Notes: generated by a model not told the origin, from the sequence alone. A stretch of 12,095 nt of DNA from Gemmatimonadota bacterium (GCA_039591655.1 JBDHDE010000071.1:1-12095); one strand, 5' to 3'; positions 1 through 7,655 are shown, numbered from the stretch's first letter. Numbers and translations are program-made.

Positions 1-3000
1 CCGCAGGTTGTTGGCGTCGGTGATCGTGGGCGTCGTGGCGTCGTCGGCGATGGTGTCGACGGCGGCGCCAAACGCCGGATCACCCACCACAAACGTCTGG
101 TTCGACTCGGACGAGAGGCGTGCGGGGCCGCCGCCGGCAGCGCCGCAAGCAGCCGGAGGTGAGGCGTATAGGGAGGCGATCTCGGCCTGGCTCAGGGCGC
201 GATCATAGATGCGGACGTCGTCGATCGTCCCCAGGAACGGGTCCGCTACCCAGTTGGTTCTCAGGTAGCCGATGGAGGCTGTATTGAAGGTGAGCGTTCC
301 CGCGTCTTGGGTGCTGGTATCTTCGGGAGCGGCATCGACATAAAGGATTCGCTCGGTCTTCGAGCGTTGCACCACGGTGACCAGGTGCCACTGATTGTCC
401 TCTACGCTCGTTGTGCCATTGAGCTCCGTCCATACGGTTCCCGGGAACTGCTCAGAGTAGAACGTGACGGTAGAATCGGCCTGCTGCACCTGCAGGTAGA
501 GATACTCCTCCTGCGCGGTTTGGCCCTCACCGTAGATGGTTCGCTTGTCCACCGCATCGGGGCCCATCTTGATCCAGGCAGTGAGCGTCCAGGCGGCCTG
601 GTTGCCGATGGCCACATTAGTGAGCTTGACCTCGTCATCGGAGCCGTCGAAGTCCAGGGCGGTGCCGCTGCAGGCCCAGGTCGGGTCGCCACTCTCGGGG
701 CTCGAAGTGAGCCCGCGGGTGCCGTCGTTGTTACTGGGCGAGGCGTCGGCTACCGTTTGGCCGCTGCCCTCGTTGAAGGTCCAGTGTCCGATCAAGCCGC
801 TCGCCACCGGGTTCCCGGACTGCGCCCACACCACGGACCGGTAGATCAGAGTCTTGGCGTCGGCGGTGTAGCCGTTCCAGTCCTCGGACTCCGGGAAGAT
901 GCCCACCCGACGGGCCGGCGCTGCGGTGGCGTCCTCGAGGGTCGCCGCGGAGTCGTAGACGAGGAGCATCGCCTGGGTGGGAGCCCCGGGCACCTGTGCC
1001 AGGATCTGTGCCCCGCTCCCGAAGCCGCCGAAGCCGTAGCCCCGGGCGGTGTCAGCTGCGTAGACGTTCAGCAGTCCGGTGGAGAACGGCTGCGTGATCC
1101 AGTGCGTGTTGTCGATGATGTCCGTCTGGGTCCCGCTCGCTGAGCCGTCGTTGCCGCTCAGCTCTTGGTTGTCCCAGCTCCCCACGTTGGCCTGAACGAC
1201 GCCCACCGGGAGATCGTAGGTCTTGACGCCGATGGCGGCAGAGCCCGAGGTAGCCGAGACGTACACCGACATGATGTTGTTGGCGGCGATGAGCGAGTCG
1301 TATGTGGCCCGCGTGTCGTTGTCGTTGGCGTACCACAGGGTGAGTCCCTGGCCCTCCAGGTACGCCCTGAGGCTGTCGTCCACCGGCTCCGGGACGGCGG
1401 GATCGCTGATGATCATCAGCACGTTTCCGGGGCCGCCCGGTCCACCGTCGTCGAACTCCACCTCTGCGTACCCGTTGTCGCTCGCCGTCGTGTCGGTGAT
1501 AGAGCGAGCCTGGAGGTACAGCGTGTCCACCCGGCCGTCGGTGCTGCTAGCCACCGTGTACCACACGGTGGCAGAGTCGGTCGCGCCGGCGCCGATTCCG
1601 GTGATCCGCGCGCTGTCGGGGTTGGCGCCCTGCGTCACGTTGGCACCGGTGATGGAGTCCACCGTCAAGAACGACGACGCCGGCCCGACGCTGGTGAGCA
1701 GGTCGAAGTCGTCGATCACTCCGCCGTTGTTCGTGACTGCGAAGTCCTGACTGTAGTCGGTGCCCGCCTCCCGCAGCACGGCCGCGCCATCAGGCGTCAC
1801 GGTGACGCTGGGCGGGGCGTTGTCGTCGTCGGCCAGCAGCGCCGTCGCGTCGGTGGAGATCTGGGCGTCGGTGAGCTCGCCCGCGTAGACGGCGAAGTAG
1901 TAGACAGTGCCGTCGTGCCCGCGGTCGAGGGCGAACAGATCATTGAACGCGGATACGGCGATGTCGCCGAAGCCGAATTCGATTGCCTCGCCCTGAGCGG
2001 GCCAAGTGCCTTGGTAGATGGATCCGCCCGTCTGGAGCACACCGTTCTCGTACAACCGCACGCGACTGGCCGAATCCGCTTCCTCTGTGTCATACACCAC
2101 GTGGAACACGCGGCGCACGCCATCGTCATATGTGGAGCCCCAGCGCACCGCGACTTCAACGGCCTGGGATTTGGTCCAGACCCGGAAGTCGAGGGCTCCC
2201 TGGCCCTCGCTGAACATGGCTATCCGGTCGCCGTCTCCGGTCTGCTGGAAGCCGGCGAAACGCTGCGTGTACAGCGGGTTGTTCATCTCCACGACGATGA
2301 CGAACGATGCCTGCGTGGCGCTGTCGAGATTGGTGGAGTACTTGGTCCCTGACGCCAGGCCACTCGCGTACGCTACGTGGCCGCCGGGTAGGCCAGTGAT
2401 GCCGCGGTGCCCGTCCTGCACGTCCCAGGCGACCGGCGAGTCCCAGGTGACGGCCATGTGCACCGGGCTTGCCTGATCGTCGTAGATCGTATCGGGCGTC
2501 TGGCCCGACGGCGCCTCGTTGAACCAGTAGCGGCCCAGCAGCGTGGCGCTCCCTTCGAACTCCACCTCGGCGTAGCCGTTGTCGCTCACCGTCGTGTCCG
2601 TGACCGAGCGAGCCTGGAGGTACAGCGTGTCCACCCGGCCGTCGGTCGAGCTGGCCACCGTGTACCAGACGAAGGCGCTGTCCGTGGCGCCGGCCGCTAT
2701 GCCGCTGATGCGGGCGCTGTCGGGGGTGGCGCCCTGGGTCACGTTGGTGCCGGTGATGGAGTCGATGCTCAGGAACGAGGACGCGGGTCCTACGCTGCCC
2801 AGCAGGTCGAAGTCGTCGATCAGCGTCGAGTTGTTGGTGACGGCGAAGCCCTGGCTGTAGTCGGTCCCTGCAGTCCTCAGTACGGGCGAACCGAGACCGT
2901 CGGGTGTCACGCTCACCGTGGGTGTATAGGAGTCGTCGTCCAGCAGCAGCGCTGCGGCGTCGGAGGAGATCTGGGCGTCGGTCAGCATGCCGTCGTAGAC

Positions 3001-5901
3001 GGCGTAGTAGAACACGGTGCCGTCGAGCGGATTGGTGGGGTCCGCCGGCGTGTTGTTGAGCGCCGTCAGCAGGATCGGGTTGGGATTGTCGAAGTCCAAC
3101 CCGTCGGTCGTAACGGGCCACGTTCCACTGGTCAGTGTAGGCGGCGGCAGCAGGGATCCGTCCATGTACAGACGGATCCGCAGGCTGTCAGCCGGGTTGT
3201 CGGCGTCGTACACGAGGTGGAACACCCGCCGTGTGGAATCGGCCGGTACATTGTCCCACTGCGCCGTTATGGACTGAAGCTGGGTCAGTACCCGAAGAGT
3301 GAGCCTGTCGCCTGAGATCGGAACGAACTCAGCAATCCTCAGACCGTTGTCCACCACGAAACCGGCGATGCGCTGACTGCTGGTGACTGTCGCCCACTCC
3401 GCCACCGTGACGAACGTCGCCTCTAGCGCACTGTCGAGGCTGGTCGTGTACTTCGTGCCCGATGCGTCTCCGTAGGCGATGCCCACGTGGGTATCAGTGG
3501 CGCCGTTGAGGCCGCGGTGACCGTTGTCCACCGTCCACGCCGTATTGGCGTCGTACGTGATGGTGGTCAGATGGACCGGACTCGCCTGGTCGTCGAACAC
3601 GGTGTCCGGTGCCTGGCCAGACGGCGCTTCGTTGAACCAGTAGCGGCCCAGTAGCGTGGCTGGCGGCTGGTCGAACTCCACCTCGGCGTAGCCGTCGTCG
3701 TAGGTCGCAGGAACGGTGACCGACCGCCCCCGCAGGTACAGGGTATCCACCTGGCCGTCGATTGAGCCGACCACCGTGTACCACACCGTAGCGCTGTCGG
3801 TGGCACCGGCGCCGATTCCGGTGATGCGGGCGCTGTCAGGCACACCGCCTTGGCTCACGTTGGTGCCGGTGATGGAGTCGATGGTGAGGAACGCGGTGGC
3901 CGGCGACCCAACGCTCCCCAGGAGGTCGAAGTCCTCCAGCGCGCCGGTGCTGTTGGTGATGGCGAAGTCCTGGCTGTATTCGCCCGGCTGACGCAGCACG
4001 GGCGAGCCCAACCCATCCGGCGTTACCGAGACGTCAGGGGCCACCTGGTCGTCGTCGGCCAGCAGGGCGGTGGCGTTGGAGGAGATCTCCGAATCCGTCA
4101 TCGCCCCGTCATAGACGGCGAAGTAGAAGACGGTGCCGTTGAGCGGCTTGTCCTGGACGTCCGTCTCGTTCATCGCGAAGATGTAGTCGTCCACATCACT
4201 GAAATCGAGCTGCTCACCTTGGATAGGCCAGCCACCGCCGGGGAAGGTGGGGTCTCCCTGTTCGACGCCGTCCACGTACAGGCGCAGCCGGGCCGTCTGG
4301 GTCGTGGTGTCCGAGTCGAAGACGAAGTGGAAGACCCGGCGCGTGCTGTCGTTCCAAGTCCCCGACCAAAGCGCCCTGACCGAGTTGGTGTAGGTCTTGT
4401 ACCGCAGCTCTAGGCCACTGCCGGTGATCACGAACTCCGCCAGCCGCCCCCCGGAGCTGGTCATGAAGCCCGCGGGACGCTGGGTGCTGCCGGCGTCCTC
4501 CCACTCCGTGACCATCACCATGCTGAACCCCGTCGAGGAGTCGAGGGCGGTTTCGTACTTGGTGCCTGTGGCCAGCGTCATGCCGACGCCGGTGTGCGGC
4601 TCGGTGTCGGCGGTCAGTCCGCGGTGCCCGTTGTCGACGGTCCAGTGGAGCGGGGCGGCCCAGGTGATCGGTATGTGGACCGGGTTTGCCTGATCGTCGT
4701 AGATCGTGTCGGGGTTCTGCCCCGACGCCGCCTCGTTGAACCAGTAGCGGCCTATCAGGGTAGCGCCGCTGGATTGCTCGGGCCCGACGGTCCGGGTAGC
4801 TACGGTGTCGCTCATGAACCGGAACTGGGCCTCGATCCAGTCGTCGGAGCGGTCCGTTGTGGAGACCCGCACCTCGTCGATGATGCCGTGGTATTCCTGG
4901 CCGCCGCCCCGGGCGCCGATCTGGAAGTCCCCCGGGCTGTCGCCGATTGCCGCGGGTCCCGCGTAACTCGTCTCGGGGACGCCGTTGTAGAAGACCCTCA
5001 CGTTGGTGCCGTCGTACAGACAGGTGATGTAGGCCCACTCGCCCAGGGTCATCTGGGTGTTGCTGCGTCCGCCGTAGCTGACTCCGGCATTGTCCCAGAC
5101 GGTGCACCAGACGTACTCGCCACCACCGTTCGCCCGCAGACGGTAGCCCCTGGTTGCGCCGTTGTCCTTGTCGATGGCGCTGGCCGTCTGGCCGCTGGTG
5201 TCGGCCCGCACCCAGGCAGACCAGGTGAGGTTGCCCGTTGGGTCTAGGTTGGTCTGTGCGGCGTCGGTGATCTCCAGGTACTCGCCGACGACGCGATCGA
5301 ACAAACCGCCGGTGCCGAGCCAGTACCTGGTCGAGCCAACCGTGTTGACGTCGCTCAGGTCGTTGTTGTTATCGGTGGCGTCGAACCGGGTGCCGCTGGT
5401 TTCATCCAGATGCCACACCCCCGCGTACTGGTTGGCCCACACGCTGTCGGGGGTCTGGTTGTCAGTGGCTCCGGTGTTGTTGTAGTACATCCAGATCGAG
5501 TCGGTGGTGGAGCCCGCGTCGATCTGCGGCACCCGCACCCACACGATGGACGTGTCGTTCACGTTCCACTGCTCGATCTCATAGAACAACTCGGTGGCGT
5601 CGTCGGCGTCCACGAACCGCAGGTCGGCGCCGGCGGGTAGGGTCTTGCCGTAGTCGATCTCTGTAGAGGTGAGGCGGACCAGAACCGGGAAGGTGGTCAG
5701 GGCCACCGCCGAGGCCGAGTTGTCGAACGTGATGGGGCGCCGGTTGAGCCAGGAGGCGTCCCACCACTGGGCGGAAGCCGTCGACGGGAGCACGAGCCCC
5801 AGGAGCCCGGGCAGCAGCACGCAGGCCCAAAGCAGGCGGCGTACTCCGCCGTCGGCCTTGGCCCGGCCCGGATGACTCACTTCCCTATCCATCTTCCGCA
5901 T
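1..5901 (-). CDS. Giant secreted/surface protein, partial (C-terminus beyond left edge), >=1967 aa: signal peptide, DUF2341-like, LamG, 3x(atypical LamG-like + Ig-like), GATase1/ThuA-like, LamG
   Basis: Not in the ORF track. Hand translation found no stop from 5901 to 1; the nearest upstream in-frame stop is TGA at 5938-5940. N-terminus MRKMDREVSHPGRAKADGGVRRLLWACVLLPGLLGLVLPSTASA|QWWDASWLNRRPITFDNS has a basic n-region, hydrophobic h-region and A-S-A cleavage site. DUF2341-like motifs: FPVLVRL, GADLRFVDAD, LFYEIEQW, VWVRVPQI, IWMYY. LamG motifs: GVWHLDE, TWSAWV, GIIDEVRVS (about 4810-5420) and GLIGHWTFNEGSG, ALDFDG, WHLVTVV, FLGTIDDVRIYDRALSQAEI (166-798). Start is uncertain: TTG 5913, ATG 5901, ATG 5892 and GTG 5880 are all in frame. 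Confidence 0.93.
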   Translation of the reverse strand, partial: MRKMDREVSHPGRAKADGGVRRLLWACVLLPGLLGLVLPSTASAQWWDASWLNRRPITFDNSASAVALTTFPVLVRLTSTEIDYGKTLPAGADLRFVDADDATELFYEIEQWNVNDTSIVWVRVPQIDAGSTTDSIWMYYNNTGATDNQTPDSVWANQYAGVWHLDETSGTRFDATDNNNDLSDVNTVGSTRYWLGTGGLFDRVVGEYLEITDAAQTNLDPTGNLTWSAWVRADTSGQTASAIDKDNGATRGYRLRANGGGEYVWCTVWDNAGVSYGGRSNTQMTLGEWAYITCLYDGTNVRVFYNGVPETSYAGPAAIGDSPGDFQIGARGGGQEYHGIIDEVRVSTTDRSDDWIEAQFRFMSDTVATRTVGPEQSSGATLIGRYWFNEAASGQNPDTIYDDQANPVHIPITWAAPLHWTVDNGHRGLTADTEPHTGVGMTLATGTKYETALDSSTGFSMVMVTEWEDAGSTQRPAGFMTSSGGRLAEFVITGSGLELRYKTYTNSVRALWSGTWNDSTRRVFHFVFDSDTTTQTARLRLYVDGVEQGDPTFPGGGWPIQGEQLDFSDVDDYIFAMNETDVQDKPLNGTVFYFAVYDGAMTDSEISSNATALLADDDQVAPDVSVTPDGLGSPVLRQPGEYSQDFAITNSTGALEDFDLLGSVGSPATAFLTIDSITGTNVSQGGVPDSARITGIGAGATDSATVWYTVVGSIDGQVDTLYLRGRSVTVPATYDDGYAEVEFDQPPATLLGRYWFNEAPSGQAPDTVFDDQASPVHLTTITYDANTAWTVDNGHRGLNGATDTHVGIAYGDASGTKYTTSLDSALEATFVTVAEWATVTSSQRIAGFVVDNGLRIAEFVPISGDRLTLRVLTQLQSITAQWDNVPADSTRRVFHLVYDADNPADSLRIRLYMDGSLLPPPTLTSGTWPVTTDGLDFDNPNPILLTALNNTPADPTNPLDGTVFYYAVYDGMLTDAQISSDAAALLLDDDSYTPTVSVTPDGLGSPVLRTAGTDYSQGFAVTNNSTLIDDFDLLGSVGPASSFLSIDSITGTNVTQGATPDSARISGIAAGATDSAFVWYTVASSTDGRVDTLYLQARSVTDTTVSDNGYAEVEFEGSATLLGRYWFNEAPSGQTPDTIYDDQASPVHMAVTWDSPVAWDVQDGHRGITGLPGGHVAYASGLASGTKYSTNLDSATQASFVIVVEMNNPLYTQRFAGFQQTGDGDRIAMFSEGQGALDFRVWTKSQAVEVAVRWGSTYDDGVRRVFHVVYDTEEADSASRVRLYENGVLQTGGSIYQGTWPAQGEAIEFGFGDIAVSAFNDLFALDRGHDGTVYYFAVYAGELTDAQISTDATALLADDDNAPPSVTVTPDGAAVLREAGTDYSQDFAVTNNGGVIDDFDLLTSVGPASSFLTVDSITGANVTQGANPDSARITGIGAGATDSATVWYTVASSTDGRVDTLYLQARSITDTTASDNGYAEVEFDDGGPGGPGNVLMIISDPAVPEPVDDSLRAYLEGQGLTLWYANDNDTRATYDSLIAANNIMSVYVSATSGSAAIGVKTYDLPVGVVQANVGSWDNQELSGNDGSASGTQTDIIDNTHWITQPFSTGLLNVYAADTARGYGFGGFGSGAQILAQVPGAPTQAMLLVYDSAATLEDATAAPARRVGIFPESEDWNGYTADAKTLIYRSVVWAQSGNPVASGLIGHWTFNEGSGQTVADASPSNNDGTRGLTSSPESGDPTWACSGTALDFDGSDDEVKLTNVAIGNQAAWTLTAWIKMGPDAVDKRTIYGEGQTAQEEYLYLQVQQADSTVTFYSEQFPGTVWTELNGTTSVEDNQWHLVTVVQRSKTERILYVDAAPEDTSTQDAGTLTFNTASIGYLRTNWVADPFLGTIDDVRIYDRALSQAEIASLYASPPAACGAAGGGPARLSSESNQTFVVGDPAFGAAVDTIADDATTPTITDANNLR
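1453..2547 (-). repeat. Intragenic tandem repeat unit 3 (head 1822-2547 + stalk 1453-1806)
   Basis: Begins ATLLGRYWFNEAPSGQTPDTIYDDQASPVH and ends SDNGYAEVEF. Shares an identical 41-bp stretch with unit 2 (1502-1542 = 2606-2646). Confidence 0.92.
2557..3660 (-). repeat. Intragenic tandem repeat unit 2 (head 2932-3660 + stalk 2557-2916)
   Basis: Begins ATLLGRYWFNEAPSGQAPDTVFDDQASPVH and ends SDNGYAEVEF. Confidence 0.92.
3673..4764 (-). repeat. Intragenic tandem repeat unit 1 (LamG-like head 4048-4764 + Ig-like stalk 3673-4032)
   Basis: Begins ATLIGRYWFNEAASGQNPDTIYDDQANPVH and ends DDGYAEVEF. The same motifs recur 1104-1116 nt apart. Confidence 0.92.
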
Positions 5902-5946
5902 CGTGGCGTTCAACGTGGCCCCGTAACCCCTTCCTGTTCAGTGCAA

Positions 5947-5979
5947 TACGTCACCGTTACGTCACTGTGCATACGTCAC
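5947..5979. repeat. Three direct copies of TACGTCAC in the predicted 5' leader of the giant gene
   Basis: TACGTCAC at 5947-5954, 5958-5965 and 5972-5979. Confidence 0.85.
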
Positions 5980-5992
5980 CGACGAGTGAAGA

Positions 5993-6008
5993 AGCATGAG
6001 ATGTGCCC
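5993..6008 (-). promoter_or_regulatory. Putative sigma54 (-24/-12) promoter for the giant surface protein
   Basis: Minus strand reads GGGCAC-ATCTC-ATGCT against consensus TGGCAC-N5-TTGCW. The invariant GG (6007-6006) and GC (5995-5994) are exactly 10 nt apart. It points toward the giant ORF (predicted +1 near 5982) and lies next to a sigma54 activator gene. Confidence 0.7.
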
Positions 6009-6024
6009 GGTGGGACGGCTTCGC

Positions 6025-6037
6025 TAAGCGGTTGTCT
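6025..6037. promoter_or_regulatory. Possible IHF-like DNA-bending site
   Basis: TAAGCGGTTGTCT against the reverse IHF consensus YAANNNNTTGATW (2 mismatches), beside an AT-rich patch (6038-6054). It sits between the -24 element and the candidate enhancer, the usual position for IHF. Confidence 0.4.
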
Positions 6038-6083
6038 GATAGTGATTTAGATTAGGCGGGGGGGAAGGCGGCAGGCGTTACGG

Positions 6084-6122
6084 GTTACCGTTTGGTAACG
6101 ATGAATGTCACCGTTCGGGAAC
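6084..6122. promoter_or_regulatory. Candidate enhancer (UAS): two tandem 16-bp dyads for a sigma54 activator
   Basis: GTTACC-GTTT-GGTAAC (6084-6099, perfect inverted repeat) and GTCACC-GTTC-GGGAAC (6107-6122), starts 23 bp apart, about 100-140 bp upstream of the predicted start site. Confidence 0.6.
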
Positions 6123-6275
6123 GGGGAAATGGTGCTGGAGGCCCAGACTGGCGCCGTCGGAGGGGGAAACCGCGTGGCCGAAAGTAAGCCGAAGGACCTC
6201 TGGGGGGGTAGGTTGTGCGAGCGATCAGTGTGTTCGGGTCTCCCCATAGACGTGAACTCGGGGTTGTCGGACCGA

Positions 6276-7655
6276 CTACTCCAACAACCCGTACTTCTTG
6301 CGCTTCTCCCACAGGTTCTTGCGGGAGATTCCCAACGCATCCGCCGCCATCTGCACGCTGCCCTCGCACTGCTCCAGCGTGAGGCGGATGTACTCCTTCT
6401 CGGCGTCGGCCAGGGACAGGCCCCGGGGAACGGCGAAGACGTTGTCGCCCGAGGGGCGGGGTGGCGCACCCGGCGCCTCCAGCGTCCCCAGGTCGGGGAG
6501 GTCACCGCGGGCCAGCCGCGGGCCCTTGGCGAAGATCAGCGCCCGCTCGATCACATTGCGCAGCTCCCGGACGTTGCCGGGCCAGTCCCAGTTCTTCAGG
6601 ACTTCGATGGCGTCCTCCGCGATGGACTCGACGTCCTTGCGGAACTCCCGGTTGAACACCTCCCTGAAGTGGTCGGCGAGGAGGGGAATGTCCCCGCGGA
6701 TCTCCCTGAGCGGCGGCAGGATGTGACCGGCTACGCTGATACGATAGAAGAGGTCTTTGCGGAACATCCCTGCCTTCACCACCGCCTCCAGATCGCGGTT
6801 GGTGGCGGTGATGAGCCGCTGGCTCACCTCGATCTCCTCGGTCCCGCCGACGCGCCGGAACCGCCGCGACTCCAGGAAGTTGAGGAGCTTGGCCTGGAGC
6901 TCCAGCGGCATCTCGGAGATCTCGTCCAGGAACAGGGTTCCGCCCTCGGCCACCTCGATGAGCCCCCGTTTCGACTCCCGGGCGTCGGTGAACGCCCCCT
7001 TCTTGTAGCCGAACAGCTCGGCCTCCAGGAGCTGGGGCGGCAGGGCCGAGCAGTTGATCTCCACATAGCGGCCGGCGGAGTGGGGGCTGGAATAGTGAAT
7101 GGCCCGGGCCACGAGGTTCTTCCCGGTGCCGCTCTCCCCCAGGAGCAGTACGGTGGGCCGCGGGATCTGCGCCACCTCCCGGATGAACTGGCGCACCTCC
7201 TCGACCTTGGGGTCCTCCCCCAGAACGGCCTGGATCGAGAACTCCTCCACCCGGACCTGCTGGATGTCCGCCGCCTCCTCCCGGAGGGGACGCTCCTCCA
7301 GCGCCCGCCTGAGCTGGGTGGTGAGCTCGTCGATGTTGACCGGCTTGGTGAGGTACTCGTTGGCGCCGGCCTTGAGAGCCTCGATAGCCGTGGCCATCTC
7401 GGCGTGGGCCGTGAGGACGAACACCGGTAGGTAGGGATCGCTCTCCCTCAGCTTGCGGGTCACCTCGATGCCGCTCACCCCCGGCATTACCAGGTCGGTG
7501 AGCACGGCATCGGGGGGGCTCTCGGCGCAGCGGTCCAGCAGGCTCGCGGCGTCCTCGAACACCTCCGGGCGGAACCGGCCCGCCTGGCCGATGTTCACCG
7601 CCAGCAGCTTCGCGTAGGTAAGGTCGTCGTCGAGGATGTAGATTGTCGGAATCAT
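6276..7655 (-). CDS. NtrC-family sigma54-dependent response regulator (REC-AAA+-Fis HTH), 459 aa
   Basis: REC: ILDDD, LTDLVMPG (phospho-Asp), LTAH, KP. Walker A GESGTGKN; INCSAL; EAELFGYKKGAFTDA; Walker B TLFLDEI; FRKDLFYRI; WPGNVRELRNVIER; C-terminal HTH AADALGISRKNLWEK. Confidence 0.97.
   Translation of the reverse strand: MIPTIYILDDDLTYAKLLAVNIGQAGRFRPEVFEDAASLLDRCAESPPDAVLTDLVMPGVSGIEVTRKLRESDPYLPVFVLTAHAEMATAIEALKAGANEYLTKPVNIDELTTQLRRALEERPLREEAADIQQVRVEEFSIQAVLGEDPKVEEVRQFIREVAQIPRPTVLLLGESGTGKNLVARAIHYSSPHSAGRYVEINCSALPPQLLEAELFGYKKGAFTDARESKRGLIEVAEGGTLFLDEISEMPLELQAKLLNFLESRRFRRVGGTEEIEVSQRLITATNRDLEAVVKAGMFRKDLFYRISVAGHILPPLREIRGDIPLLADHFREVFNREFRKDVESIAEDAIEVLKNWDWPGNVRELRNVIERALIFAKGPRLARGDLPDLGTLEAPGAPPRPSGDNVFAVPRGLSLADAEKEYIRLTLEQCEGSVQMAADALGISRKNLWEKRKKYGLLE

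Noticed and set aside
1384..1395. VPEP tetrapeptide resembling a PEP-CTERM sorting signal
   Set aside because: It is internal, with more than 460 residues after it, and is not followed by a hydrophobic helix and basic tail.
1453..4764. Diversity-generating retroelement template/variable repeat pair
   Set aside because: No reverse transcriptase in the window, all copies are in-frame coding, and the differences I compared are not confined to adenines.
8..5875. Many track ORFs in the left half (e.g. 307-1143, 1165-2352, 2407-3315 on plus; 2156-3121, 4214-5107 on minus)
   Set aside because: They are antisense or off-frame shadows of the giant minus-strand gene in high-GC DNA and show no recognisable motifs.
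5947..5979. CRISPR-like or iteron-like array
   Set aside because: Only three 8-bp units with 3-6 bp gaps, and no cas or rep gene nearby.
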